Origin: Clostridia bacterium
GTDB taxonomy: Bacteria > Bacillota > Clostridia > Oscillospirales > CAG-272
Reading direction: 5' to 3'
DNA: 36,113 bases
Assembly: GCA_017628075.1 (NCBI GenBank)
Contig: JAGBZV010000232.1
Location: forward strand, 1 to 36,113
Below the pieces are notes generated by a model. The model saw only the letters and a list, made by a program, of their open reading frames with translations. It was not told the DNA's origin and searched no databases. Each line of letters opens with the position of its first letter. The first letter of the stretch is position 1. The translations under genes were made by a program, and so were the position numbers. Of the stretch, positions 1-8,276 are shown piece after piece.

Positions 1-68
1 TCGATGAAGAGGATGTCGCCTTCCTGAACCTTGTACTGCTTTCCGCCAGTTTCAATGACTGCAAACAC
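1..68 (-). CDS. rplU: 50S ribosomal protein L21, 5' part (runs off the window)
   Basis: Minus-strand reading from GTG at 68 gives MFAVIETGGKQYKVQEGDILFI, the L21 N-terminal signature; RBS GAGGTG at 80-75. Confidence 0.95.
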   Translation of the reverse strand, partial: MFAVIETGGKQYKVQEGDILFI

Positions 69-84
69 GAAAAGCACCTCACTT

Positions 85-157
85 TCGTTAATAGACTCGC
101 TGAGTAACAGGCCGAAGAACCCGTGTGTTCTCCAGTTATACGCCAAATCTCAAGCGG
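85..157 (-). promoter_or_regulatory. Putative L21 leader (autoregulatory 5' UTR)
   Basis: ~90 nt UTR between promoter and rplU with a GAACAC...GTTC hairpin and GCGAGTC just before the RBS, as I recall for Firmicute L21 leaders. No covariance search was run. Confidence 0.55.
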
Positions 158-163
158 CATATT

Positions 164-193
164 ATTATACCATATTTCGCCGTGCTTTGTCAA
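164..193 (-). promoter_or_regulatory. sigmaA promoter of rplU
   Basis: TTGACA (193-188), 18 bp spacer, TGgTATAAT (-10 at 169-164). Confidence 0.85.
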
Positions 194-263
194 GGTTTTC
201 CCTGCTTTTTCGCGGCGGAACAGGCAAAATAATTGTAAATATTTTATGAACCCAAGCTGTCTG

Positions 264-1118
264 TCATGACAGCCCGTGATGGAGCTTCGATGCCGTCAGC
301 GTATTGCGCAGAAGCATCGTGATGGTCATCGGTCCGACGCCGCCGGGCACCGGAGTGATCGCGCCCGCGCGCTCCGACGTTGAGGCAAAGTCGACGTCGC
401 CCGTCAGCTTTCCGTCCTCACGGCGGTTCATGCCGACGTCAATGACGACCGCACCCTCCTTCACCATATCTCCCGTGATAAAGTCCGCACGGCCGATCGC
501 AACGACGAGAATATCCGCCTCGCGCGTGTGCGCCGCCAGATCCTTCGTTCTGGAATGGCAAACCGTAACCGTACCGTTTGCACCGAGCAGCAGCATCGCC
601 ATCGGCTTACCAACGATATTGGAGCGGCCTACGACCACGCATTTCTTTCCGGAGATCTCAATCCCCGATTTTTCCAGCATGACCATAACGCCCGCTGGGG
701 TACACGGCAGAAAATCCGGATTTCCGATCATGATCTTGCCCGTGTTGACCGGGTGAAACGCATCGACGTCCTTATCGGGAGCGATGGCGTTGATCACACG
801 CTCCTCATTGATGTGTGCGGGAAGCGGAAGCTGCACGAGAATGCCGTCGATCCTGCCATCCGCATTCAACTCAGAGATCCTTGCAAGCAGCGCATCCTCA
901 GCGGTATCCGCCGGCATTTCTATCACCTCGGAATACATACCGACCTCGCCGCAGGCACGGTGCTTATTGCGCACGTAAACCTGTGACGCGGGATTCTCAC
1001 CGACAATGATGACCGCCAATCCGGGCGTGACGCCCTTTGCCTTCTGCTCCGCAACCTCTGCAGCGATTTCCGCGCGGGTTTCCGCAGCGATCCTCTTACC
1101 GTCAATTATAAATGCCAT
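264..1118 (-). CDS. folD: Bifunctional methylenetetrahydrofolate dehydrogenase/cyclohydrolase
   Basis: [31 protein letters not shown] and [11 protein letters not shown] motifs; 284 aa. Confidence 0.98.
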   Translation of the reverse strand: MAFIIDGKRIAAETRAEIAAEVAEQKAKGVTPGLAVIIVGENPASQVYVRNKHRACGEVGMYSEVIEMPADTAEDALLARISELNADGRIDGILVQLPLPAHINEERVINAIAPDKDVDAFHPVNTGKIMIGNPDFLPCTPAGVMVMLEKSGIEISGKKCVVVGRSNIVGKPMAMLLLGANGTVTVCHSRTKDLAAHTREADILVVAIGRADFITGDMVKEGAVVIDVGMNRREDGKLTGDVDFASTSERAGAITPVPGGVGPMTITMLLRNTLTASKLHHGLS

Positions 1119-1123
1119 CTCCG

Positions 1124-2152
1124 TTACTCCTCCGTCGTTTCGTCCTGATCGGCTTCCGTTTCACCGCAGTCTGTTACGCTATTCTCCGCTTCACTCCGCA
1201 CACGGTCTGCCGGCATCGCTCCCGTCTTCTTTTTCTTGCTCTTGCGGGGCTTGTCCGAGAACAGGCTTTCATATTCCTGTGCATCCTGCTCCTTTGCAAG
1301 GATGGGGCGTGCACGCTTGGAGAGAAGATGGTAGAACAGAATTCCGAACAGCACGCAGCCAAGCGCGAGAAGCTGAGAAACCCGGACGTTGCCAAGATAC
1401 AGCGAGTCCGTGCGGAAGCCTTCGATGAACATTCTTCCAAGTCCGTACCATACGAGGTAGGAGAACAGGATCTGTCCGTCAAACTTCTTATTTTTGTAGC
1501 GAATATTAAGCAAGATAAAGCCCAGAATATTCCAAAGGGACTCGTAGAGAAACGTCGGATGCGCATAGTAGAGCGCAGCGCCGTTGACGTTTTCGATCGT
1601 CATGATCCACGGGATCTCCTGTCCCGCAAAGCGGGAGGTCTGGAAGGTTTTTCCGAGAAACTCGTATTTGAGAATGGTACCGTAGGCCTCCGCATTGAAA
1701 AAGTTGCCCCATCTGCCAATGGCCTGTGCAATGGCAACGCCCGGGGCGACCATATCGAGGAACTTCAGCGCGCTCTTCTGCTTCAGATAGCACAGAACCA
1801 GGATGGTCAATCCGCCGCCGATCAGACCGCCGTAAATGGCAAGTCCGCCGCGCCAAATGGCAAAAATATCGAGAAACGACTCATACCGTCCCCACGTCAT
1901 GGCAACGTAGTAGAGTCTGGCGCCGAGCACGCCGAAAAACACCACCCAAATGGCATAGTCAAGCACGTCGTCTGCAGAAAATCCCTCCTGCTTGCCGCGC
2001 TTAATGGTATAAAGCACCGCCAGAACGATGGCCGTCGTAACAAGCAGTCCGTACCAGGCAATCTTAAAATTTCCCACCTCAATCAGGAATTTTCCGATTT
2101 CCCACGGTCCGAGCCCAAGGTTGGGAAAACCGATAACGTTTGTGGAATTCAT
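1124..2152 (-). CDS. lgt: Prolipoprotein diacylglyceryl transferase with a charged C-terminal tail
   Basis: [36 protein letters not shown] and RMFIEGFR motifs. Confidence 0.96.
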   Translation of the reverse strand: MNSTNVIGFPNLGLGPWEIGKFLIEVGNFKIAWYGLLVTTAIVLAVLYTIKRGKQEGFSADDVLDYAIWVVFFGVLGARLYYVAMTWGRYESFLDIFAIWRGGLAIYGGLIGGGLTILVLCYLKQKSALKFLDMVAPGVAIAQAIGRWGNFFNAEAYGTILKYEFLGKTFQTSRFAGQEIPWIMTIENVNGAALYYAHPTFLYESLWNILGFILLNIRYKNKKFDGQILFSYLVWYGLGRMFIEGFRTDSLYLGNVRVSQLLALGCVLFGILFYHLLSKRARPILAKEQDAQEYESLFSDKPRKSKKKKTGAMPADRVRSEAENSVTDCGETEADQDETTEE

Positions 2153-2219
2153 GTTTGCATACCTTCACTTTCGAAATGCAAAAGTTCCTTTCTGATTTAT
2201 GTTCGTGTAAAAGCGTCGC

Positions 2220-3509
2220 TCACGTCACAACGCAGCGGCAAAGCTGCTTTGGAAGATACAGCGTATCAAGGACGTAAAACAGATCCTCTTTTGTGATCTG
2301 CATCATCACGTCCACTGGAGTGAACATATCCGTCCCCTCCATTTCGCAATCCAGACATTCGGCAGCCATGTCCTCTGCCGATTCAAATGCCGTTACAGCC
2401 GATGCGTACATGACTCTGCGGCAGCGTGAAAACTGCGCATCCGTAATATCGTGCAGCGCACGGCGGTCGGCAAGATACTGCCTGATCTGCGCATCCACTG
2501 CATCGCACTGCGCACTTTCTGCGGAGATTAGCGCGTAGCCGTAGGTATCCGCGTATTCATATTCCGCACCGAAGCGGCCGTTGATCAGACCGCGCGTATA
2601 CAGATCGGCGTAAATGGGGGACGATCTGCAGAACAGAATATCATTGAGTATATCAGCCGCAGCGGCTCTCCTCATGCGCGCCGCAGAATCGGCAGGCAGT
2701 ATGGGATCCTTAAAGCCCAGATACAGAAGCGGAATCGCCGCATCCGCCTGATACTGCACCGATTGCACGGCAGGATATACAGGCTCCGGCACAAAAATGC
2801 GCTCCGGAGCCGGGTGCTCACCCCTCTCGGGCAAGCAGCGATCCAAAACAGAAAGCACACCGTCCGCCTCTACTCTGCCGGCAACACACAGTGTCATGTT
2901 ATCCGGGCGGTAAAACGCCTTGTGGCAGGTATACAGCAATTCCGGCGTGATCTGTCGGATGGAGGCCTCCGTTCCGCCGACGTTGTCGCGGATGGGATGC
3001 GTATGGTACATCGCCTCCATCAGGCCGTAATAGCCGGCCTGCACGGGCGTATCGTCGTACATACGGATCTCCTGAGCAATGATGGCGCGCTCCTTTTCTA
3101 CGTTTTCCTCCGTGAAATACGGATGGAACAGAAAATCAAGCAGGATCTCCAGCGCCGGATACGCAGCATCCGTCGTAGAAAACTGATACGCGGTCAGATC
3201 CGGCGTCGTATACGCATCCGCATTGGCACCGATTCGGGCAAAGCGCGCAATCGCGTCCTCCTCACCGTCCCGTGCGGCAAACATCTTATGCTCAAGAAAA
3301 TGCGCCGTTCCCGCAGGAAGCGTCATCACCTCTCCCCCCGGAAGGCAGAAGGTGCGGTCGTTGGCTCCGAAATTCACCCCAATCACACCGCAGGTAACCG
3401 CAGAACGCTTGGGAAGCACACAAACCGTCAGACCGCTTCTGTGACGGATGCGGCTATAGGACTGACGCAGGCGAGCAGACGTCAGCGTTTCAATCACAGC
3501 AGAACGCAT
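2220..3509 (-). CDS. ymfH: M16 family zinc peptidase, catalytic subunit (YmfH-like)
   Basis: GTAHFLEHKMF inverted zincin motif, NADAYT, EKERAIIAQEIRMY. Start set at ATG 3509 (GGAGG 9 nt upstream); 3518 is also possible. Confidence 0.88.
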   Translation of the reverse strand: MRSAVIETLTSARLRQSYSRIRHRSGLTVCVLPKRSAVTCGVIGVNFGANDRTFCLPGGEVMTLPAGTAHFLEHKMFAARDGEEDAIARFARIGANADAYTTPDLTAYQFSTTDAAYPALEILLDFLFHPYFTEENVEKERAIIAQEIRMYDDTPVQAGYYGLMEAMYHTHPIRDNVGGTEASIRQITPELLYTCHKAFYRPDNMTLCVAGRVEADGVLSVLDRCLPERGEHPAPERIFVPEPVYPAVQSVQYQADAAIPLLYLGFKDPILPADSAARMRRAAAADILNDILFCRSSPIYADLYTRGLINGRFGAEYEYADTYGYALISAESAQCDAVDAQIRQYLADRRALHDITDAQFSRCRRVMYASAVTAFESAEDMAAECLDCEMEGTDMFTPVDVMMQITKEDLFYVLDTLYLPKQLCRCVVT

Positions 3510-4836
3510 CGTCCTCATCCTCCTCCAAATCCATATCCGTTCCCGTTCCGCACAGGAAATACACCGTATCCTCCGTCAGTGCATCCGCGCATCGGGCAAG
3601 ATCCCGAGCCGTCACGCCCAAAACCTGCTCCACCGTCTGCTCCGGGGAGGTTTCAATCCCTGCCGCACGGCGGTTTTCGTACCAGGCGCCCAGGGCTGCT
3701 GCACTGTCTTCAATCTCGCGATATGCGGAAATAAGCGATTTTCTTGCCGCTTCCAGCACCTCCGGAGGAACCTTTCCATGCCGGATCACGTCAATCTGTG
3801 CACGAATGGCCTCCCTCGCAGCTTCGAGGCGGTCCGCGGAAATACCGCAGGTAATGAACATCGTCCCCTTCTGTCCGTCCGGGAACGCCGAGCAGTCGTA
3901 GCACAGCCCCATCCGCTCGCGCACCTCCAAAAAGAGAAGCGACGAAGCGGAGCCGCCAAGCAGCTCGCAAAACAGGGCAAATTTGTAAAAATCGCGGTCA
4001 GCAAGCACCGCCGCACTCCGATACCCGATGCACAGCCTGGATTGTCTGACATCCATATGCTCGCACACCTCGCGTACGGGCTGCCTGGCACGCCGAATGA
4101 CCTGCGTTTGTGGGGAACGGAACGTATCCTCCGCGCTGCGGTACCGACCGAGCGCAGATACGAATCCAGAAAGCGCCGCCCTCACCTGCTCCGGCATCTG
4201 ACGGCCAACGTAGGTCACCGATACGGGAGCGTGGCGAAGCATATCGGTATATGCCTGCCAAAGTGCCTCCGGCGTCACGGCAGCAGCCGATTCCAGCGTG
4301 CCGCGTGCCGGCACGGAGAAGACCTCGTCCGCAAACATGATCTGCTCCAGACGGTGCATGGCCAGCACTGCCTTATTATTGCTTTGTGCGCGGATGGCCT
4401 CCGCAAGGTTCTTTTTTTCTCCCTCCGTATAGGAGGAAAGAAATACGCCGCGCTCCGTTCGCGGATGGAAGAGGACATCGCAGAACGTTTCTATGAGTGA
4501 AGAAAACAGCGGACCCTCGTTTTCATCCTCGGGAGGGACCGCATCCTGCTCAAGACAATGCAGGCGGAATACCACAAGCTGCGCCTCTCCGGACTTTCCG
4601 CATCGGCCGGCAAGTCCGGCGTTGTACAGCGTATCCAGCCGTACTGCAAGCGCATCCTGCGTCGGATACGCCTCACAGCCGCGGCACAGCACAGAGGGGA
4701 GCAGCGCGTAGGCGGACGCCGTGCTTGCATCAAGCGGCAGCGTAAAGGTAACGGACAGGTAATCCGTCAGAAAGGTGTCCTTCGGAATAACGTACAGGGA
4801 CGCTCCGGGACACAGCGTATGCTCAGTGAACCCCAT
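3490..4836 (-). CDS. ymfF: M16 family peptidase, non-catalytic subunit (YmfF-like)
   Basis: LLGG-SSLLFLEVRERMGLCY M16 C-terminal motif, no HxxEH, overlaps ymfH. Start trimmed to ATG 4836, downstream of the prsA stop. Confidence 0.85.
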   Translation of the reverse strand: MGFTEHTLCPGASLYVIPKDTFLTDYLSVTFTLPLDASTASAYALLPSVLCRGCEAYPTQDALAVRLDTLYNAGLAGRCGKSGEAQLVVFRLHCLEQDAVPPEDENEGPLFSSLIETFCDVLFHPRTERGVFLSSYTEGEKKNLAEAIRAQSNNKAVLAMHRLEQIMFADEVFSVPARGTLESAAAVTPEALWQAYTDMLRHAPVSVTYVGRQMPEQVRAALSGFVSALGRYRSAEDTFRSPQTQVIRRARQPVREVCEHMDVRQSRLCIGYRSAAVLADRDFYKFALFCELLGGSASSLLFLEVRERMGLCYDCSAFPDGQKGTMFITCGISADRLEAAREAIRAQIDVIRHGKVPPEVLEAARKSLISAYREIEDSAAALGAWYENRRAAGIETSPEQTVEQVLGVTARDLARCADALTEDTVYFLCGTGTDMDLEEDEDDAFCCD

Positions 4837-4850
4837 AACCGAAGCGCCAA

Positions 4851-6008
4851 TCAGCTCTCCTTGTCCTTGTAAAGATTGCCCAGTGAAACCGCATAGCTCC
4901 AATCGGCGATCTCCTCGTAGCGGTCGGACGGCAGCTGCGTCCAATTTGCGCTTACCTCGTCAATGAGCTGATAGAAGCGCAGAGCGGTATAGGTCTCGCT
5001 GATCGCGGCAAGATTCTTATCCATGTACTCTGCATTTTTTGCACAGCGCAGAATGATGTGATACCCGTAATCGGATTCGACGATGTCACTGATCTGGCCT
5101 ACCTCCAGCGCAAACGCCGCATCCTCAAAGGATTTGACCATCTCGCCGCGGAAGAAGTGATAGCCGTTGGGCTCCGACTTCATTCCGGGATCCTCGTTAT
5201 ACTGATTCATCAGCGTATCGAAATCCTCCCCGTTGTTCAGACGGCTCAGGATATCCTGTGCAAGCGCGAGATTTTTCGCAGCGTCCTCACCTGCATCGTT
5301 CTTGATAAGGATGTGCTTTGCGCATACGTACGCATCGGTATCCAGCATCGCACGGATATCCGCCTGATTGGTCAGAATCTGTCCGTTTTCACGGTAGTAT
5401 GCATCAAGCTTGCTGTAAAGCGTTTCCATTTCGCCCTGATATGCAAAAAAGTATTCCGTCATGTAGTACATATCCAGCGCCTCGCGGAACGTGTCAAGTC
5501 CACCGAAGGCCGCAACGAACTCCGCATTCTTGCGGTCAAGCGCCAAAAGCTCTCCCTCGGACAGAGAGATACCGTAACGGGCACATTCCGCCTGCACGGC
5601 ATGGTTGCGGCGGATCTCGCGCAGATACATATCCGTTACGTTCGCCTTCATTTCGGGATTCGTGGTCCAGTATTCTTCCTTACCATTGTCAAAGTAATTC
5701 TTGTAGAGAAGCTGATAGTAGCGGTATTCGTCGTAGGACACCGTATCCCCGGTCGTTTGGTCACCGTGATCGAAGGCAAATACGTACTCAATATCGGGAA
5801 AGGCGCTCTGCACGTCGGCAAAGGAATATTTTTCGTACTCCTCCGGCGTCAGCGTCACTACACCGGTCGTGCCCACGGCATTGTTGCCGCCAGCGGAGGT
5901 GCCGGCTCCATCACCCGATCCCTGATTGCCGCAGGAAACGAGCGCTGTGCCAAGAAGCACCGCAGTAAGGCAAGCAGCAAACAGCTTTTTAACGTTGGAA
6001 TGTTTCAT
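4851..6008 (-). CDS. Parvulin-type peptidyl-prolyl isomerase lipoprotein (PrsA-like foldase)
   Basis: Signal peptide with lipobox LVSC; AKHILI, GEDFDTL, GEMVKSFEDAAFAL and SDYGYHII rotamase motifs. Confidence 0.9.
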   Translation of the reverse strand: MKHSNVKKLFAACLTAVLLGTALVSCGNQGSGDGAGTSAGGNNAVGTTGVVTLTPEEYEKYSFADVQSAFPDIEYVFAFDHGDQTTGDTVSYDEYRYYQLLYKNYFDNGKEEYWTTNPEMKANVTDMYLREIRRNHAVQAECARYGISLSEGELLALDRKNAEFVAAFGGLDTFREALDMYYMTEYFFAYQGEMETLYSKLDAYYRENGQILTNQADIRAMLDTDAYVCAKHILIKNDAGEDAAKNLALAQDILSRLNNGEDFDTLMNQYNEDPGMKSEPNGYHFFRGEMVKSFEDAAFALEVGQISDIVESDYGYHIILRCAKNAEYMDKNLAAISETYTALRFYQLIDEVSANWTQLPSDRYEEIADWSYAVSLGNLYKDKES

Positions 6009-6162
6009 AGGTTGTATGTAATCCTTTCTTTTCAGCGATTGTTTCGCATAATACCAAATAGGTATCTATATTATACCGCAAATTTGTGTCCGTTTTGTGA
6101 CGATATGAAAAAAAGTATCTCATTCCGCAAAATATATGGCCTCTGAAATTTCAAGCAAAGGC

Positions 6163-6191
6163 TTGACAGACCAGGGAAAAAAGGGTATAAT
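6163..6191 (+). promoter_or_regulatory. Consensus sigmaA promoter upstream of rpe
   Basis: TTGACA (6163-6168), 17 bp spacer, TATAAT (6186-6191). Confidence 0.9.
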
Positions 6192-6415
6192 ATAAGACAG
6201 AAATCAAAAATCCCCGACAGCGCACAAGATCGCTGCCGGGGAGTATCGGAAATACGCCCCGGCCGGCCATGTGTTCCACCGTCCTGTGCTTTGCACGCCC
6301 CGGACCGGCACTGAGGGTGTATGGAATTCCGGCACGACTTGCGTGCCCCATCCGCATTGTATGCATACCGTGCGCCTGCTGACACGACGGGCGACAAACA
6401 CAAGGAGATGACATC

Positions 6416-7090
6416 ATGAATCAACCGATCAAAATCGCGCCCTCCCTGCTTGCTGCAGACTTTTCCGAGCTCCGGCGTGAGGTCCGGGCAATCGAGGATG
6501 CAGGAGCCGATTGGCTGCACCTGGACGTCATGGACGGACACTTTGTTCCAAACATTTCCTTCGGCGCACCTATCATCGCCGCACTCAGACCGCACACAAG
6601 GCTGTTCTTTGACGTGCATCTTATGATCGAGGATCCCATCCGCTACATCGCGGACTTCGTCCGTGCCGGTGCAGACAGCATCACCATTCATTACGAAAGC
6701 TGCGAGAATCAGCTTGAGGTGCTCTCTGCCATCCGCGAAGGAGGCTGCCGTACCGCCATCTCTATCAAGCCTGCAACACCCGCGTTCGTCCTTGAGCCGC
6801 TGCTCCCGTTCGTGGACATGGTGCTTATCATGTCCGTTGAGCCTGGATTCGGCGGTCAATCCTTCATGCTGGAAACCATGCAGAACGTCGAGGCCGTATC
6901 CCGCATGATCCGCGACAGCGGTCTGCCGATCGAGATCCAGGTAGACGGCGGTATCACCGCAGAAAACGCAGATATTCCGGCATCCTGCGGCGCCAACAAT
7001 TTCGTTGCAGGATCCGCTGTATTCCGTGCAAACGACTATTCCGCAGCAATTGCTGCGATCCGCGACCGCGCAGCAGCCGCTTACCGATAA
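6416..7090 (+). CDS. rpe: Ribulose-phosphate 3-epimerase
   Basis: IAPSLLAADF, HLDVMDGHFVPN, DVHLMI, MSVEPGFGGQ, VDGG and VAGSAVF motifs; RBS AAGGAG. Confidence 0.98.
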   Translation: MNQPIKIAPSLLAADFSELRREVRAIEDAGADWLHLDVMDGHFVPNISFGAPIIAALRPHTRLFFDVHLMIEDPIRYIADFVRAGADSITIHYESCENQLEVLSAIREGGCRTAISIKPATPAFVLEPLLPFVDMVLIMSVEPGFGGQSFMLETMQNVEAVSRMIRDSGLPIEIQVDGGITAENADIPASCGANNFVAGSAVFRANDYSAAIAAIRDRAAAAYR

Positions 7091-7099
7091 GGAGATACC

Positions 7100-7942
7100 A
7101 TGCCAAAAATCGTCAATCGTTCCCCCGAACGACACAGCGAATCCGAGAGAGAAGCACTTGCCCGTGCCCGTACCGCCAAAGCCATTCTGCGCGAGCAGGA
7201 AGCGGAGCGGAAGCGGCAAACGGAGCTGCGCCAGCAAAGAAGCTCGGCCTTTTTCCGCAGCACCGGCTACCTTTGCTGTATGCTGTACGCACTTTTAAAC
7301 CTTCTGCAGTTTGCCGCGTACGCCGTAATCATCTTCCCTACCAAGGGACAGCCCTTCACCGAGATGGTCCGCGGCGGCATTTCCATCTCCGGACACGCCA
7401 TCTTCTTCGCAGTCGCCCTGTTCTGTGCCGCCCTGTATTCGCTCATCCGCTTCAAGCGGGAGGTCCGCGCCCCCGGTACGGTAAAGAAATTCCTTTCGCA
7501 CAGCTGCGTATGGTTTACGGTGATCACGGCGTCCCTGATTGCCGTGCACGGCATTTACATGGACCTTTTGTACAACCAATACGACGTTACGACAGCAGGA
7601 ATCTTCCTTGGCCCATCGTATCTCATCGTGTTCGCAGCATTTGCCTTCTCTCTGTGTCTGACTGCAGTCAACCGCGTTTACCGTCTTGCACTTCCCTCCG
7701 CACTTCGTGTGCTGATCCATCTTGCCTGCGTGGTCACGCTGATCTCCGTGTTCTTCCAGGGAATCGCTCACGGCTTTGCATCCGCCTCGGATCTCCTGAT
7801 CTTCCTCATGGTCTTTTCCGTCATCTACGCCCTCCTTGCCACCCTGTACTTCAGTATTCAGGGCGCAGTCGACCGCGAAAAGAACGACGAGCAGGAATAC
7901 GAATCCATCTACAACATCCCCACGGGCAAAAAACAAAAATAA
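7100..7942 (+). CDS. Hypothetical integral membrane protein (about 6 TM segments, charged N-terminus)
   Basis: RBS AAGGAG overlapping the rpe stop; alternating hydrophobic segments; family not recognised. Confidence 0.8.
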   Translation: MPKIVNRSPERHSESEREALARARTAKAILREQEAERKRQTELRQQRSSAFFRSTGYLCCMLYALLNLLQFAAYAVIIFPTKGQPFTEMVRGGISISGHAIFFAVALFCAALYSLIRFKREVRAPGTVKKFLSHSCVWFTVITASLIAVHGIYMDLLYNQYDVTTAGIFLGPSYLIVFAAFAFSLCLTAVNRVYRLALPSALRVLIHLACVVTLISVFFQGIAHGFASASDLLIFLMVFSVIYALLATLYFSIQGAVDREKNDEQEYESIYNIPTGKKQK

Positions 7943-7950
7943 TGGTCCTC

Positions 7951-8109
7951 GAGGTGTTGCAGGTTCCTGCAGCACCTCCAAGGAAGCTCCCCTTGCCCCT
8001 CAGCTGAGGGGCATTTTCATGCGAGTTTCGCATGAAAATCGGGAAATTCGGTTCACTTTGTAACCCGGGGTTGTTGCAAGTTTTCAACTTGCGACAACCC
8101 CCTTTTTTT
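7951..8109. repeat. Cluster of inverted repeats (REP/MITE-like), ending in a + strand intrinsic terminator
   Basis: Hairpins at 7951-7978, 7994-8013, 8013-8039 (12 bp perfect stem) and 8067-8101, the last followed by T7. Confidence 0.7.
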
Positions 8110-8151
8110 AATTCTCATTTCGCAAAAAATGCCTTCACAGGCGCTTTTTCA

Positions 8152-8197
8152 TAAAAATATGCACCCCAAAAGGTGTCCGACCTTTGGGGTGCATATC
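8152..8197 (-). terminator. Terminator hairpin for the kinase operon, resembling IS3/IS150 termini
   Basis: ATATGCACCCCAAA (8157-8170) pairs with TTTGGGGTGCATAT (8183-8196); A-run on the left gives a U-tract on the minus strand. Confidence 0.65.
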
Positions 8198-8276
8198 TGT
8201 GAGAGAAGCCAGTACATTTTTCAGAATCGGTCAGCCGTCTGCACCGTCCCGGCGCGCGGCGCCGCTGCGCATCAGA

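Noticed and set aside
6269-6382. 37 aa ORF with six Cys (MCSTVLCFARPGPALRVYGIPARLACPIRIVCIPCAC) in the rpe leader, considered as a SCIFF/ranthipeptide precursor or leader peptide
   Set aside because: No RBS, Cys spacing does not fit the SCIFF pattern, and there is no adjacent SPASM radical SAM maturase.
6355-6400. CCGTGCGCCTG resembling the 3' part of a ZTP riboswitch
   Set aside because: It lacks the following GGGC and the 5' GACUGGCG element.
7943-8276. CRISPR array or intact IS element in the hairpin-rich region
   Set aside because: No regularly spaced direct repeats and no transposase ORF.
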